In this document: positions 39,085 to 51,349 of the stretch, in pieces
How the letters are laid out: every line of letters starts with the position of its first letter
Position numbering within the stretch: the stretch's first letter is position 1
From: Haplodiscus bocki
Taxonomy: Eukaryota
Reading direction: 5' to 3'
NCBI GenBank assembly: GCA_965655095.1
Contig: OZ296648.1
Coordinates: 152,210,001-152,274,000 of the forward strand
DNA length: 64,000 nucleotides
Translations under genes and position numbers: made by a program
Notes under the pieces: model-generated
What the model saw: only the letters and a program-made list of their open reading frames with translations
Databases searched by the model: none
Told to the model about the DNA's origin: nothing

Positions 39085-40242
39085 CATTTTTTTGACACTA
39101 CTCTGACCTATCCGGTTATCAAACATTCCCTTGAGTTTTACAGAAGTTCAAACGGAAAGACGTTCGGATCACCTTCCTTGTAAGCTCTACTTTTTTTTGT
39201 TAAGAAATCCGAGTATTTTGAACAACTTTTCGAAAAAAGGTCACTGTGACGTTGATTTTAGATTCAAAGGGCTCTTTCTTTCACTTAGCGGCAAAATCAT
39301 CGTCACTACCAGGAACCGCGTACAAAATTGGCTCAGTAGAGGGAGATTTGCCACAGTTCTACAGAGGCCTTCCAAAAATAAACTTTGTTAACAAGACATT
39401 TGATAGAATTGATGATCTTCACTTGTACATTTGTTCAAAATTATGTAGACTTCACTGTCAGAGAGATCCCACTGAGGATTTCGTGGAGTTCTGGTTCAGA
39501 GCGTAACCACAGAACATAACGATTTGGTTTCAAGCCACGTCAATGTCCAATTATTTTCTCATCAATGCCAGCGTTCCGAATGTCGAACACGTAGTTCAAG
39601 AAACTACAACAACAGGAAAAAAGTTTAAATTTTTCTACTCAAAAAAAGGTTTTGTTTTTTTTCTACAATCGCCATTATCTTAACAGTTTCTCCGACACTT
39701 GGAAGAACCTTTTTGATAGCAAGAAGACTTGATTTCCTTGTTCGTGAGGACTATCTCTAAGATTGGGGGAGTAAAGAATCAAAATCAGCCAACAACTTGC
39801 GGAATTACTTTACCTGGGGTTTGCAACTCAGGACTCGCTAGCTGAACTGCAGAAAAAATTTTGTAAACAATAGATTTTTGACGTTCAAGGACAAAGTTGA
39901 TATAAAAAAAGATTACATCAAAATAGGCATGCGTTCACCTTGACGCCCCGGCGGATACGTACCGCGTCTGACTCAAAAACTGAACGTCGCAGGGTCAAGT
40001 ATTGACAAGGGCAAGATGAAAGTAGACGTATTCTCTTGCAATTTTTGAAAGAAGTGTCTAAAAATTTTTCTTCTGCAACGAATTGTAAGACCGATATATT
40101 TCAAATTAGAAGTTTTAAATAACCTTCCACTACCAAAGATCGGTGTCAGGTTGGGAAAAACAGTTTTTCGGAGAGTGTTGCGAGAAATCGATGTAACTGA
40201 AACTGACTCTTCATAAAAATCATCGAAAAACCAAAGTTGGTG

Positions 40243-40314
40243 TGATTCGTGGTGCAGTTGTTGCGCACTTGAATACAGATGGCAAAGTTCCATTTCCATA
40301 GGATGGCGGGTCCA
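40243..40314 (+). pseudogene. tRNA-Trp-derived pseudogene
   Basis: TGATTCGTGGTGCAGTTGTTGCGCACTTGAATACAGAT...GGCGGGGTCCA; in array register. Confidence 0.55.
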
Positions 40315-43189
40315 CAAATACTTTGAGTTCATTTCCACCCATCTGGTTCTGAAACATTTCAATTACTTCTTTAAAGAGGCTCAAACGAAGAAATCATTAG
40401 ATCAGTTCAATTGTAGTGCTGTACTTCAGCTTCTGTTGAAACGACGGAACATTTTGAACGACCTGTCAAAGAGGTGGTCACTGTGACCTTGACACTCATT
40501 TTGGCAGGCACTCAATTTGAGTCAATACCTTTGTCACTACCAACCGAAGTGTAGGAAAGCGATTCAATATAGGAAAAAGTGCCCCGATTTGCTACTGAAG
40601 TGTCTCAAAAAAACAATGTTCACAAGGCGTTTGCTGAAGTTGATGACTATCAAAGGGACTGGTTTAGCTTTATGTAGACTTCACTGTCTGAGGCACCTCA
40701 CTTAGAGTTTCTTGGAGCTCTAGTTTAGCACATAACCACAAAACCAAAAGTTTTATGTTCAAATCAGGTCATTGTCGAATAATTTGTCCATCAATGCCAG
40801 TCTTTCGAATGTCGAACACGTAGCTGATTAAACTAGAAACAGCAAGAGAATTGTTATATATTTTCAACTCAGGAAGAACTTTTGCATTTTTCTACAGTCA
40901 AAAATTTTTAAAGTTTTTCATACATTTTGAAAAACCATTGTGATCCCAAGGAGACTCGACTTTCATTTCTAAAGTCTTTTCTCAAAGACTAAAGCAAAGA
41001 AATGGTCATTAGTGTCCAAGAACTTGCGAGATTAGTTCACTTGAAACCCATCATTCGCTAATGGAACTGCACGATTAGACTTGTTCCTAGTAGTTTTCTG
41101 ATGTTCAAAGAAAGTGTTGAGTAAAGCTGAGAAATTATCAAAAATAACCACCAACATTCACGCCGCGGCGGAAAGATACCGCTTCCGACTGGATTTCTGA
41201 GCGTTGGAAGGTGTGTGTTAACTTCTGAAGGATTTGCGTCCTGATTTTTCAAGTGAAGTTGAAACTACGAACAGGCTCTAATTTGACTTGATCTAATTTG
41301 AGTACTCAGATAATTTCTACATTTTTTCAATAATTTTAATGAGAATACAACTAATCTCTATTTGTCTAAAACTTCAACTCTAGATTGATATCTGGATCAA
41401 AAAATTCAAATTCCATTAAAGTCACAAATGGGAACTGTATACAAAGTTATATTTCAACCAATGACGTTTCAGGAACTTCTCTAAATTGCGTGTTTATTGT
41501 ATACATGCGGTTTTTATTTAAAAAAAAACTTCAAAACATGTTCATAAGAAAGTTTATCACGTTTCAGTGGGGTTCCAGTTTTATGATATAACTTAATGTC
41601 TGCAAAATCTTTTGTTCTCAGTGAAATGTTTCGGTTCTAGGAAAGTTCATTTTCAAAAAACTTCTCCTATTTCTCAGGATTTATCTGTAAATTATAATAA
41701 TTTGATCATATAAATCTTATGGGTTCGACTTTTAATTTCAGGTGGAGAAGAGTCATAAAGTATCAAACAATTGAGATTGATATCAGTTTATTGATCAATT
41801 GAACATTTTCCGAAAGTTTCAAAGTTGTGTTTTAGTTTGGGATTTTTAACACATGAGATTCTTACTTTATTCTGTTGTTCACATCAATGCATGAACTTGG
41901 ACGAACAACATGACAGTTCTCTTTGATGTCGTAATTTGACATAATTACATGTCAGTTCACTTGAATGACAGAGTTCAACTTGCTAAGGTGGCCATCAGAC
42001 ATGCAGGGGATTGCTAACATGTCAACGTGAGAACTAGTTCAAACTTATGAGAGGAAAAAGGAGTAAATGAGCAGTTTAGAGTGAGTTCTCGAATTCTTTG
42101 CAAATCGAGCAATTTTGCTGACTTTTCCCTCATTCCAAGTCTTCGGTTACAACAATGGTTTTTTTGTTCACTAAGTTTCCGTTACTTTGCTTTCGTTGCC
42201 ACAAAAAGAAAGTTGGAAACAAATCAAGCAAGTGTGAAGAAAAAGTGAACAATTTTGACTAGTTCCGACTGAAAAAAGGTGAAAATTGCAGGATATGCAG
42301 TTTTACATTAGAAACTCAAAATTTGGGCCGAAAAAATCTTTCCTCGGAATTGAAGAAGCTTCAGAAAATTGGTTCAAAAAATTTTCCTCAGAGAAGTGGT
42401 TCAAATTGTTTTGGATTTTGGATCATACGGAGATTTTTTCTCGAGTTTCAGAGTATTTTTAGAGAAGTTTTCAGTAGAAACATTTTTGGTTTGAACAAGT
42501 TATATAAAATTGAACTCCTTTTTTCAAAATTGATTATATCATGAAGGTACTAAAAGCTTTTGGGAGAACGAAAAACAAAGCAAGTAAAAACCGGGGGATA
42601 TACAAAGCACTTGTGATTATAAAGGTAATGTTTTGAAGTGAACAATTAAATTCAACACAGAAGAAGATATTTTAAAATCACAAAAAAATTATGGGTATTA
42701 TAACTTCAAACAAAGAGTTTTCGAATGTAAAATAAATTTTGTGAGATTAAAGGTTTTTGGTTAAAAGAATCCAAAGTTACTTTGTTCAAAAGACTTTTCG
42801 GGACCAGGTTTCACACTAAAATGCGTCAAATCTTTGCTTGCATCAGAGCAATAACTTGGGTGACGCAGAGGTGAAGCAGTTGAAGCATGAGTTGTTGAAA
42901 AGTGACAGTTAAGGCAGAGGGTTTTTCCTGAACCAGTGTGGGACCCAGTGCAATTGGGTTTATTCGACTGAGCAGTGGCAAGAAAATTGGATAGAAATCA
43001 CCGGTTCTTCAGGAAACATGAACAATCATATTAAAATCTTTACCAATGGAATGTGATATACCATTCTGCAGAGCCAGAGAATGCAGAAACATGGATTGCA
43101 AAACAGAAGAAGCAAAGCGAAAGAACCAAATGTTCAGAAATTCAAAAAGCCTTACTCTACTAATCCGGAGATCTGGCGGCAGACATGAT

Positions 43190-43298
43190 GGATCCAGAAG
43201 TCCAGTAATCAAAAAATCGAGTAATCCAGAAGTCCAGTGTAAGCCAGTGAGCCACTGAAGAATCAGTGAAGAGCCAGTGAAAAGCCAGTAGAGAGCCA
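43190..43298 (+). repeat. Short tandem repeats (agccagtga-like ~11-mers; ccagaagtccagt x2)
   Basis: Direct read; lies in the 3' UTR/LTR-proximal part of the Gypsy element. Confidence 0.6.
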
Positions 43299-43399
43299 TT
43301 TAATTGTTTTTCAGAAGAAAAAGAAAAAGGTATTCAAACTATAGAAGTTTGTGTTTTTGGAATATCAGTGAAACTTTATAGAACTTCCCAGAGTATTGG

Positions 43400-46250
43400 T
43401 TCATAGTTTTTCATAGTTATTGTTCCTAAAATTACAGAAGTATCTTTCATGAAATTTTCAGTATTCCAGAATTCTGTGAGGAGTTTATGAAGAATGGTTA
43501 GTTCATGGAATCTTTTTGTTTTTCCGAGACAGATTATTATAATGAGCCAGAATATTTTTCACAGGTTTCTTTTTCTGTGAAAAGTGCTATTGAGGATAAG
43601 GTATCCTAGAATACGGTTGAATTGGATCTTGAACTCTTTTGTCAATCTTGCAGAAGGATCTTGATGGGGGAGAATCGCAGTGTAGGATGAGAGTTAGTCA
43701 GAATTTGCGTAATTAACATGCAATGTATCACTTTGCACAGAGAATTCATCATCAGCAACGAAGTTTACTAAAAATTAATGAGATGCAAGTTGCTTAAGGA
43801 CATTTTCAGGGTTGTCAAATTATCCATGTTCTGGAGAAATTTCATTGTCTGAGGAAATGTCAAATTCACTTTGAGTGAAAACATTAAACGCTTCCTTTTT
43901 TATATTTTCAGCGGCAGTGTTCTTTTTATCAATTAAGGTTTCCCATGAAGGGTCTTGATTTCTCAGAAGAAGCAGCAGAGTATTGATGAGCGAATCATAG
44001 TCAATTTGGTTTTTTAACTGGTGTGAGAAAACTTTGAGGAATTGTAAATGAAAACGCTGGATGTTGATGGCACTGAAAAAATCAAAATCTTCAGGGTAGT
44101 CCTTCAGAGCTTGACACAAGCCTCGCTGAGAAGTACTCATAATGCAGCATTTTAATTTTTTTCAGATATTTGCGGATTCGGTGGTTTGATTGTGTCAACC
44201 AGGCAAAGATGTTGACATCGCTAGGAGACGGATGTGAGAAGAGAACTTCCGAAATAAAAACCTTGAATACGAAACTAATATACGTTGAATTACAAAGTTT
44301 TTTGCACGAGTTCAGTAGTTTGGATCTTAAACAAGCAGAAATGAAATTTCAAATAATAATCGAATGGTTCTCCTAAAAAGTATAAAAATTTTTTTCAGAG
44401 GTATAAGCTTATAAAAATTACAGTGGAAAAATTATTTCACTTCTATAGGATGTTTTCCGTATGAAAAAGTTTCAGTGTCAAATTTTCGAAAGGAGGTTAT
44501 CAGTGCAGAGTTATTTCCGTAATGTAACAGCAAAATGCATATCACAAGAAGAGTGTTGCATTGTCTTGAGATTCAATTGCGGATTTAACCAAAAAAAGTA
44601 TGCGGTGTGATATCCATGAAGAACTTTCTTAAAAAATTTAATATCAGATAATCGAGCAATATTAGCTCGGTCTGGTTCAAATGAGTCTTCAATTTGTTTG
44701 AGTTCAATTTTTCTAAAATCTTTTGATTGAGTATTGACAGCTTCAATTTCATAATTAATTTTCTCATAAAAGTTTGAATAAGACGTAACTTGAGCATAAG
44801 ATACAGTTCTTCAAACATTTGGAAAAGTGTGCTGATGTTGCTTCTTCAAAACAAAAGTCTCTGATTGAGCAACTAATCGGAGTTAATCACAAAACAAGTG
44901 TTGCGAAACAAAAGTAATATTTGTTGTCACGGCTTGGTTATTCAACGGATGGTCAAAAGCTTTGACAAATGAGGATACGGCTGAGAAACTTCGGTGGGAA
45001 TACAGTCAGAATCCACATGTGCAGAGTAGGTAGAAAAGAGACATTGCTGTGGAAAAGTCAAAAGTCTATCAGGACCTCTTTTTGTGGCAAATAAATAAAT
45101 TTGTTTCAGAGGATCAAATTTTTGCAACGAACCAAGTACATATGCAGGTTTCATATTATGAAAGAAATGCAACGAAAATGGAGAGGTAGTTTTTCTAATT
45201 TGAAAGATGAATTTTTTTTGGAGTTGGGAGGAAGGTTATCCCAAAAACGTTTGTATGTCTCATGATGTACACGTTTCTTACTCACAGGTTGAAAATTCAG
45301 ATTCTAATCATCAGTTTGTTAATCAAACACAGAGGGACGCAAGAACTTCATTTGTAAACTCAATAATATTTGGTTATTCTTAGTCCAGTACTGAATAGGC
45401 TACTTGTTTAGAGGCACGGCATAAGAGATGTAAAGGTCATTGTAACGATTAGGATTCAGTTGAAAATTATACGGTGTCGAAACCAGATAAAACAAAGTTG
45501 GATGAATTTTGAATTGAGTTCTTCAACAGACAATTGAGATGTCAAAGAATCATCTCGATGTGAATCAAGTTCCGATGGAGGCTTCAGAGTTGGCGGCATA
45601 AGATTTGAAGTTGAAAATGCAAGACCATTTAAATTGCTTTTTAATTCCTTTCGGGGACTTAGATGAATCCGGTTCACTGAGTTTATTTTTTCGCTGATTT
45701 TTTTTTACATCGATCCCAACAGTTGAAGGCGCAGTATTAGAGGCTTCTCGAATTTGCATTTCATTAGACAGAGAGGTGTTCGAACCAGATAACGAGTTGG
45801 TAACTTAAGTTAATGGGGTTGTATTTTGTCAAAAAATGGAAAGCGAGCTTCCTGGGGAATAAGATTTCTTTGTAAACATTTGAAATAGTTGTCAACTCCT
45901 AAAGAGAAATTGCTTACTTGCGAGATGAAATAAATTTACGCGTTGAAGCAATTGTTTGAAATTCCAGAAAGTCAATTATGTTTGACGGTTGATTTGAGGC
46001 AGGAAGTTTTGATAGTATGGGGTTGATTTTGCGGAAAATTAATTTAATTTGCAGAAGTGTTGTAGAAAAAAGTGTTGCTTTTTTAGTTCGCAGTTTTTTA
46101 TGGAGCACACATTATTCTCAAAGTTTCCGGTACTGAGTTTTTAGGAGAAGAATCACAGTGAAAAATGTATTTTACAGCCTGAATTAAAAATCTGATGAGA
46201 AGATAGAATTGCAGAGCTTAAAAGAAGAACTTGTTGCGAAGAGAGACAGA
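43400..46250 (-). pseudogene. Unidentified accessory ORF relics downstream of env
   Basis: Co-oriented ORF fragments 43820-44140, 44585-44818, 44942-45172, 45456-45677 and 45914-46108 with protein-like composition; no recognisable family. Confidence 0.4.
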
Positions 46251-46449
46251 GAAAGGTTGAAAGGGGTAGGAGTTTCGGGAAAATCAGAAGATCAGAGTCC
46301 TCATTAATAATAACTGATGATATTTTGTTTCAGAATTGTTTTTGCAATTTTTCGGTTTTGTTGATTCGATATGTTTTGTCATAAAATTAGTGAAACTATA
46401 TGATACGGAAATAGGGTGGTCATGGGTGATAAGTAGTTTTAACAATTGT

Positions 46450-48950
46450 TTGTGGGGTTTTATCAGAAAGTTGGGTCATAAATGGTGATGTAATCTGGTT
46501 ATTATCCAGAGAAGATTTTGCGGTTGACGTTTTTGTGTTATGCAATTGTGTGAAAGGAATAAAAAAACAATTCTCAGGTTCAATTCATCTGCCTTGATAT
46601 TTGTCTGTTTACAGTGAGCTTGACGGCTCCTTGACTTCAGAAATCTGAGCCCTGAGTTCTCGATTTTTTTAAAGAATTCATATGAGTCTTCCACCTACTA
46701 TTTTTTGAAGAATATTATGGAGGGTCATCGAAGAGTTTCACCCTTTTTTCACGTTCAGCATCATGCAAGTCAGTGACCATTTTCATTTTTTGTGTGGTAA
46801 TTTTGAAAAATCCCAAGACTATGGAAATCAGTAAAGCTATATTTTGATGTAGTCTATACCTATTTGATTTATATTTATAGAAAACCTGTAAGAATGTAAT
46901 GACATTTTGTAGAAACACAGAATTGGAAAAATAAGAACCACTTTGAGTTAGAATAAAACATGGAAAGCTAAATAAAAGAAAAAAAGAGCATCAGCAAACC
47001 ACTCAGGAGCAAACGGAGCGGCAGTGTTCGGGAGTTGATCAGGTAGACCGACCACTAAATCATTGTCTGGGTTAAATCGATTCACGTTACATGTTGAAAA
47101 AAATCATTTGGTTGTTTTTCAGAAGAGATGAAAAAAGATTTAAAAAAGCTTTTCACAAATGTTTCAGTGTGGTATCATAATGTTTCTTGAAGAAAACACA
47201 ATTCCAGAAACTTGTTAATTCAGCATTGGACTAGGTGCCAGGTTCATGTGCAGTGAAGGTGTTTGAGCTTCATGCACATTGAACTTGTTTTTGGTTAAAA
47301 AACAATGGGGTGGCTCGTAATACAGGTCTAGGAGTCAATACAAAGCGTTCACCTTTATCATGTTCTAAAACTATGACATTCTGTGGATTTTTATCACAGG
47401 ATATAAGATTAGCATAGCTAAAATGTTGTCCTGGAATGGGAACAATGTGCCTTACAGTGTCTTGATAGCATAAAAGTAAACGATCAAAGCACTTAACAGA
47501 TTAGTACAGAGGTGAAAGAGATTGAGGACAATCAAAAAACCAAACAGTAGAGCCTTCTACACAGAGAAGGTTATTGCAGTTTCCAGTTAAGTGGTAACCA
47601 GAGAGTTGAGTGTTTTGAGCAGAGATTGCTAATATAGCTTCCATTTGTGTTCTTTCTAGTTCAGGATAGGATTTAGTTTATTCAGTTGTTATACTGTCAA
47701 AGTTTTATAAACATGGTTGATAGAAAAATCTGTCTTTGCATTTTCGTGCGCCACAGTTTCGAAACTGTTTGAATCATTCAGTGGAGGAAAATAAATTTTA
47801 CTTTTTACCGAGTCGAAGGCTAGTGGTGAGGACATTGGACTTTGACTGAACGGTGGTCTTTGATCAACAACATTTGGGTTTTTGTTGCGAGTGTTCATTT
47901 TGGAGCGTTCACGATAAATGACAACACAGTAGGACACTGAGTTGTATCCATTTGTGCTGGTTTTTTACAGAAAGTTTTTCTGTGAAAAAGTTCCAGTCGT
48001 GATAATATTGGAGTAGTGGTTCCCAATGGTGAAAATGTATGTGCAAGTACAGTTGACAGTACCCCTTTATTATTTTTTCAGTATTTTTTCCCGTATTATT
48101 GAAGATGTCATCAGTTTACAACCAGTAGCGTTTGTGCAGTTTAGACATACGTCCGATGAAAGCAGAGATATGATTTATTAAAAACCTTTCCTCAGGAAAC
48201 CAGAAAATAGTATATGGATGTTTTGGTGTTAGTTTACAAAAGTCATCAGAATACAGACATGAAAAGGTATGAACTTGAAGTATTAGTTTATCTAGTTTAT
48301 TTTAATAGTCCACGAATAGCCGCAGAAGTTTCTTCAATATTTAATGAGGATTTATTTTTATCAATTAGATATTCTTGATTATCTTTGCATCTTGACTTTG
48401 AATTTTCAGTACTAGTAATACAAACATAAGCAATTGCTAGATAGGTGAATATAGCATTATGTACAGTGTTTAGTTTGGTTACAGTGAATGACGTCTGTCT
48501 TTTTTCAATTTGAACATAAAAACCTAGTCTGTCAAAGTACATGGAAGAGCCATTAAAAATTATTGATTCAGTTCAGCACTCTCCGTTCCATTGAGGTTCC
48601 GGATGTTAATTTTGCACACGTTTGGATATATTTCATCACTTTGTAGCATGGAATTAGTTTTGCCAATTTATAAAGTAGAATCTACGTTTTTCGTTGTGTG
48701 CACCTTTAGCACAAAACACTCGTGTCCTTTGAAAGGTTGTAGAGCAGCAAAAAATTTTAATTCCTTTTGTTTCCGCACGAATAAACGAAGAAGCAATTGT
48801 TGTATCATTTTCGATTTCAGAGGGAAGTGGATTTTGTACTCGAGATAGGCTAAAATGTCTCAGATTGTATTGTTTCGAACAATCATATTGAGTAGATAGG
48901 AGTTGGGCAATCCTAAAATTATCAGGTTGAATCAAAACTTCAGAAGTGAT
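46450..48950 (-). pseudogene. env-like viral glycoprotein relic (Cys-rich ectodomain + C-terminal TM)
   Basis: N-terminal YDCSKQYNLRHFSLSRV..FCC...RVFC (ORF 48654-48935). Internal EGSTVWFFDCPQ..KCFDRL..CDKNP (~47390-47570). TM IALLISIVLGFF (ORF 46715-46918). Confidence 0.75.
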
Positions 48951-51349
48951 TGTATTATTAGTTTGAAGCAGAAAATTTAAATATTACAGAGAATATTATC
49001 ATAGTCTTTAAGAAAATGAAAACATAGTTTCCAGAAAGTCGTCTCGTATTGCAAATCAGATATAGGGTTGCAAAGTCATTCTTCCCCATTGATGATCAAA
49101 TGGAGGTTGGTCAAGAAAGTGAGTTTTAACTTATTGACAACAAAAGGACTAGGGAAATTTCGGTGTTTTGTTTGACTTGAAGTCAGAATTGGATTAGGAT
49201 TCAATCCATTAATTTTTACTGTTACTTCAAAGTTTAATTCAGCAGTGGTTGGAAATACACTAGTCAGTTCGCAAAAATATATAAAAGTAGAAATCTGCAA
49301 ACTACTGTTTATTCTGTTTACAGGAATAATGTGGTCTCTGAGATAATCTCTGCAATGATAACTATTTTGAATATCAAATCTCAGTGGATAATGGTATGGA
49401 TCAGGTGTAGGAGGTCTTAAATTGTCGTTTAGTGCCTGACATGACAGTTCAGCATTATTAAAAGCACCCAGTGCAGAGACTGTTTGTTGATCTCCAATAA
49501 CAGCAGTGGATCTGGCGTATGAGTGAACAGTGAAAGAAGTTTCTATTTCAGAGGAAAGTCTCGAGGAAAGTGGAATATCAGAAAGAGAAGGAGGAAGCTT
49601 TTCAGAAGTAGATGAATGAGTTTGTGAAAGTGGACGCAGCATTGTAGAGATTGAGGTTGATGTTGATCTTGTACGAGAAGAAGAAGGGAACGTTGAAACG
49701 GTCTTGATCTCAAATCATAAGAAGGAGTTACTTTTTGGGCAGAGGTTGGGAAAGTTTTTTTTGATGAATCTTCGGATTCACAATTCAGAAAATCGTCAAC
49801 AAAGGATGTGCAGAACTAAAAATTTCAGAGCTGAGATCAGAAAGTTTTTTCTGATTTTGTGTTCTTTCAGAAGTAGACGGTTCATAAACTCTTCTTTCAG
49901 AGCAATGGTATAAGCCCTGTCACAGAGTGTAGCGTCGAATGTTTTTTGGTGTTTGAAAGAATTTGAATTTCTAACAACAGATTTAGTAGGAGATGGAGGT
50001 GGTAATGGAATTGGAGGAGAATCTATGTCACACGGATCCGGGTTATGAATGGGTCTAGGATTGGTAACCGGACTGAATGCTGGAGCTACCGGTGTCGGTG
50101 ATTAAGGAGGCCTTTCAACCTTCAGAGAAGTTTTGATTCAATTCTCAGGGGAAGAAAATGGTTTTTCAGAACTGGTTGACGTTTGTACAGTAGAGACACT
50201 ATGCATAAACTTCGACTTTTTTCAGAAACTGGGAGAGCAATGGTTAAATTCTCAATTTCAGTTGATTCCGAAGATAAATCCAGGATTACGTCAGTATCAG
50301 AGAAAAAAATTTTAGTTACCGTGTTTAGAGATTCTAAAACGTATTCAGTTTCATCAGCAGTTTTTGAATCGAAGTTAACATCTTTAAAAAACTTCAAAAC
50401 AATTTCGACTTTTATAAACCACAGTGGTTGCAAATTTCTCAAAATGAGTTTCGGGAAAAAAATCATTTTCTCGGTATGTTGGACTCCTGTCCAGATCAAA
50501 TAGCAGAGTCTCAAAGTCGAAACACAAGAGATACAATCTGAAAATAACAAGGATTCTACTCTTGTGGATGATTCCAGCGACTTTTGAGACTTTTCGATGA
50601 ACAAGTTCAATCAATTCGGGAGGCTTTAAAATGAATATTTATCTGGAGTAGAAGGTAATGGAAGAAAAAGACGACATTTTTCCCGGTAGTAGTGGTGAAT
50701 CACATTTGGTTCCAGTTTTTCTATTGGAGTGTTGTGATTGGTTGAAATGCAGAGAAGATTTTGATTTGTCTGTGTATGATGTAGGAGAGGCATAAACCCT
50801 ACCAGTGTCAGAAAGGTGAAATAATACAAGAAACTTACTGAAGGATTGAATTTTTAACGACCTTGATTTAGGATATGAAGTATCAGAATCAGATTTTAAT
50901 CGAGAAGCATGATGATGATCATCATTTGAATTACCAGAAGACTTGTATAATTCATTATCAAATATACCTGATGTGTCATCATTATCAATAAAATCGGTAT
51001 TATTTGAAACTGCAGATAGTTGTAATAATGTTTAGGTACTTTTCCTGAAGGTTTTTTTATATTGATTTAGGAATGGTTTCACAGCTTCGAATGAAAAAGA
51101 TTCCAGTGGTTCAGATATTATTTTTTTCCTTTAACATTGATCCGAAATGAGAATTGATGAATTCGGATGTCGGCTAGAAATTGGTGACAACGGTTTTTTT
51201 GTGGAGGAAGTACAGTTTCATGTCTCACTAAAAATAGTACACGTTTGGTTTGATTAACATAAGTCAGTGTTGCAAAACGAAATTGCAGAGGTAATTGTTT
51301 GTGTTTTAATCGATTCATTTGCAGATCAGTTTGAGTAAGCGAGCCGGTT

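Larger units (their letters stand above)
30150..41215 (+). repeat. Decayed tandem array of ~1.23-kb units, each with about three tRNA-Trp-like copies
   Basis: tRNA-like copies start at 36556, 37783, 39013 and 40243 (spacings 1227, 1230, 1230). GTCACTGTGAC at ~38017, ~39240, ~40477. aatgccagc.ttccgaatgtcgaacacg motif at ~32770, ~36195, ~37110, ~38330, ~39563, ~40793. Confidence 0.85.

Noticed and set aside
30150-41215. Dispersed tRNA-derived SINE insertions
   Set aside because: Fixed 1.23-kb register, uniform orientation and shared spacers indicate tandem amplification; no tails or TSDs seen.
41216-43300. Precisely delimited LTR with PPT
   Set aside because: Only one putative end (TG at 41216) is visible; no second LTR or clear polypurine tract to define it.
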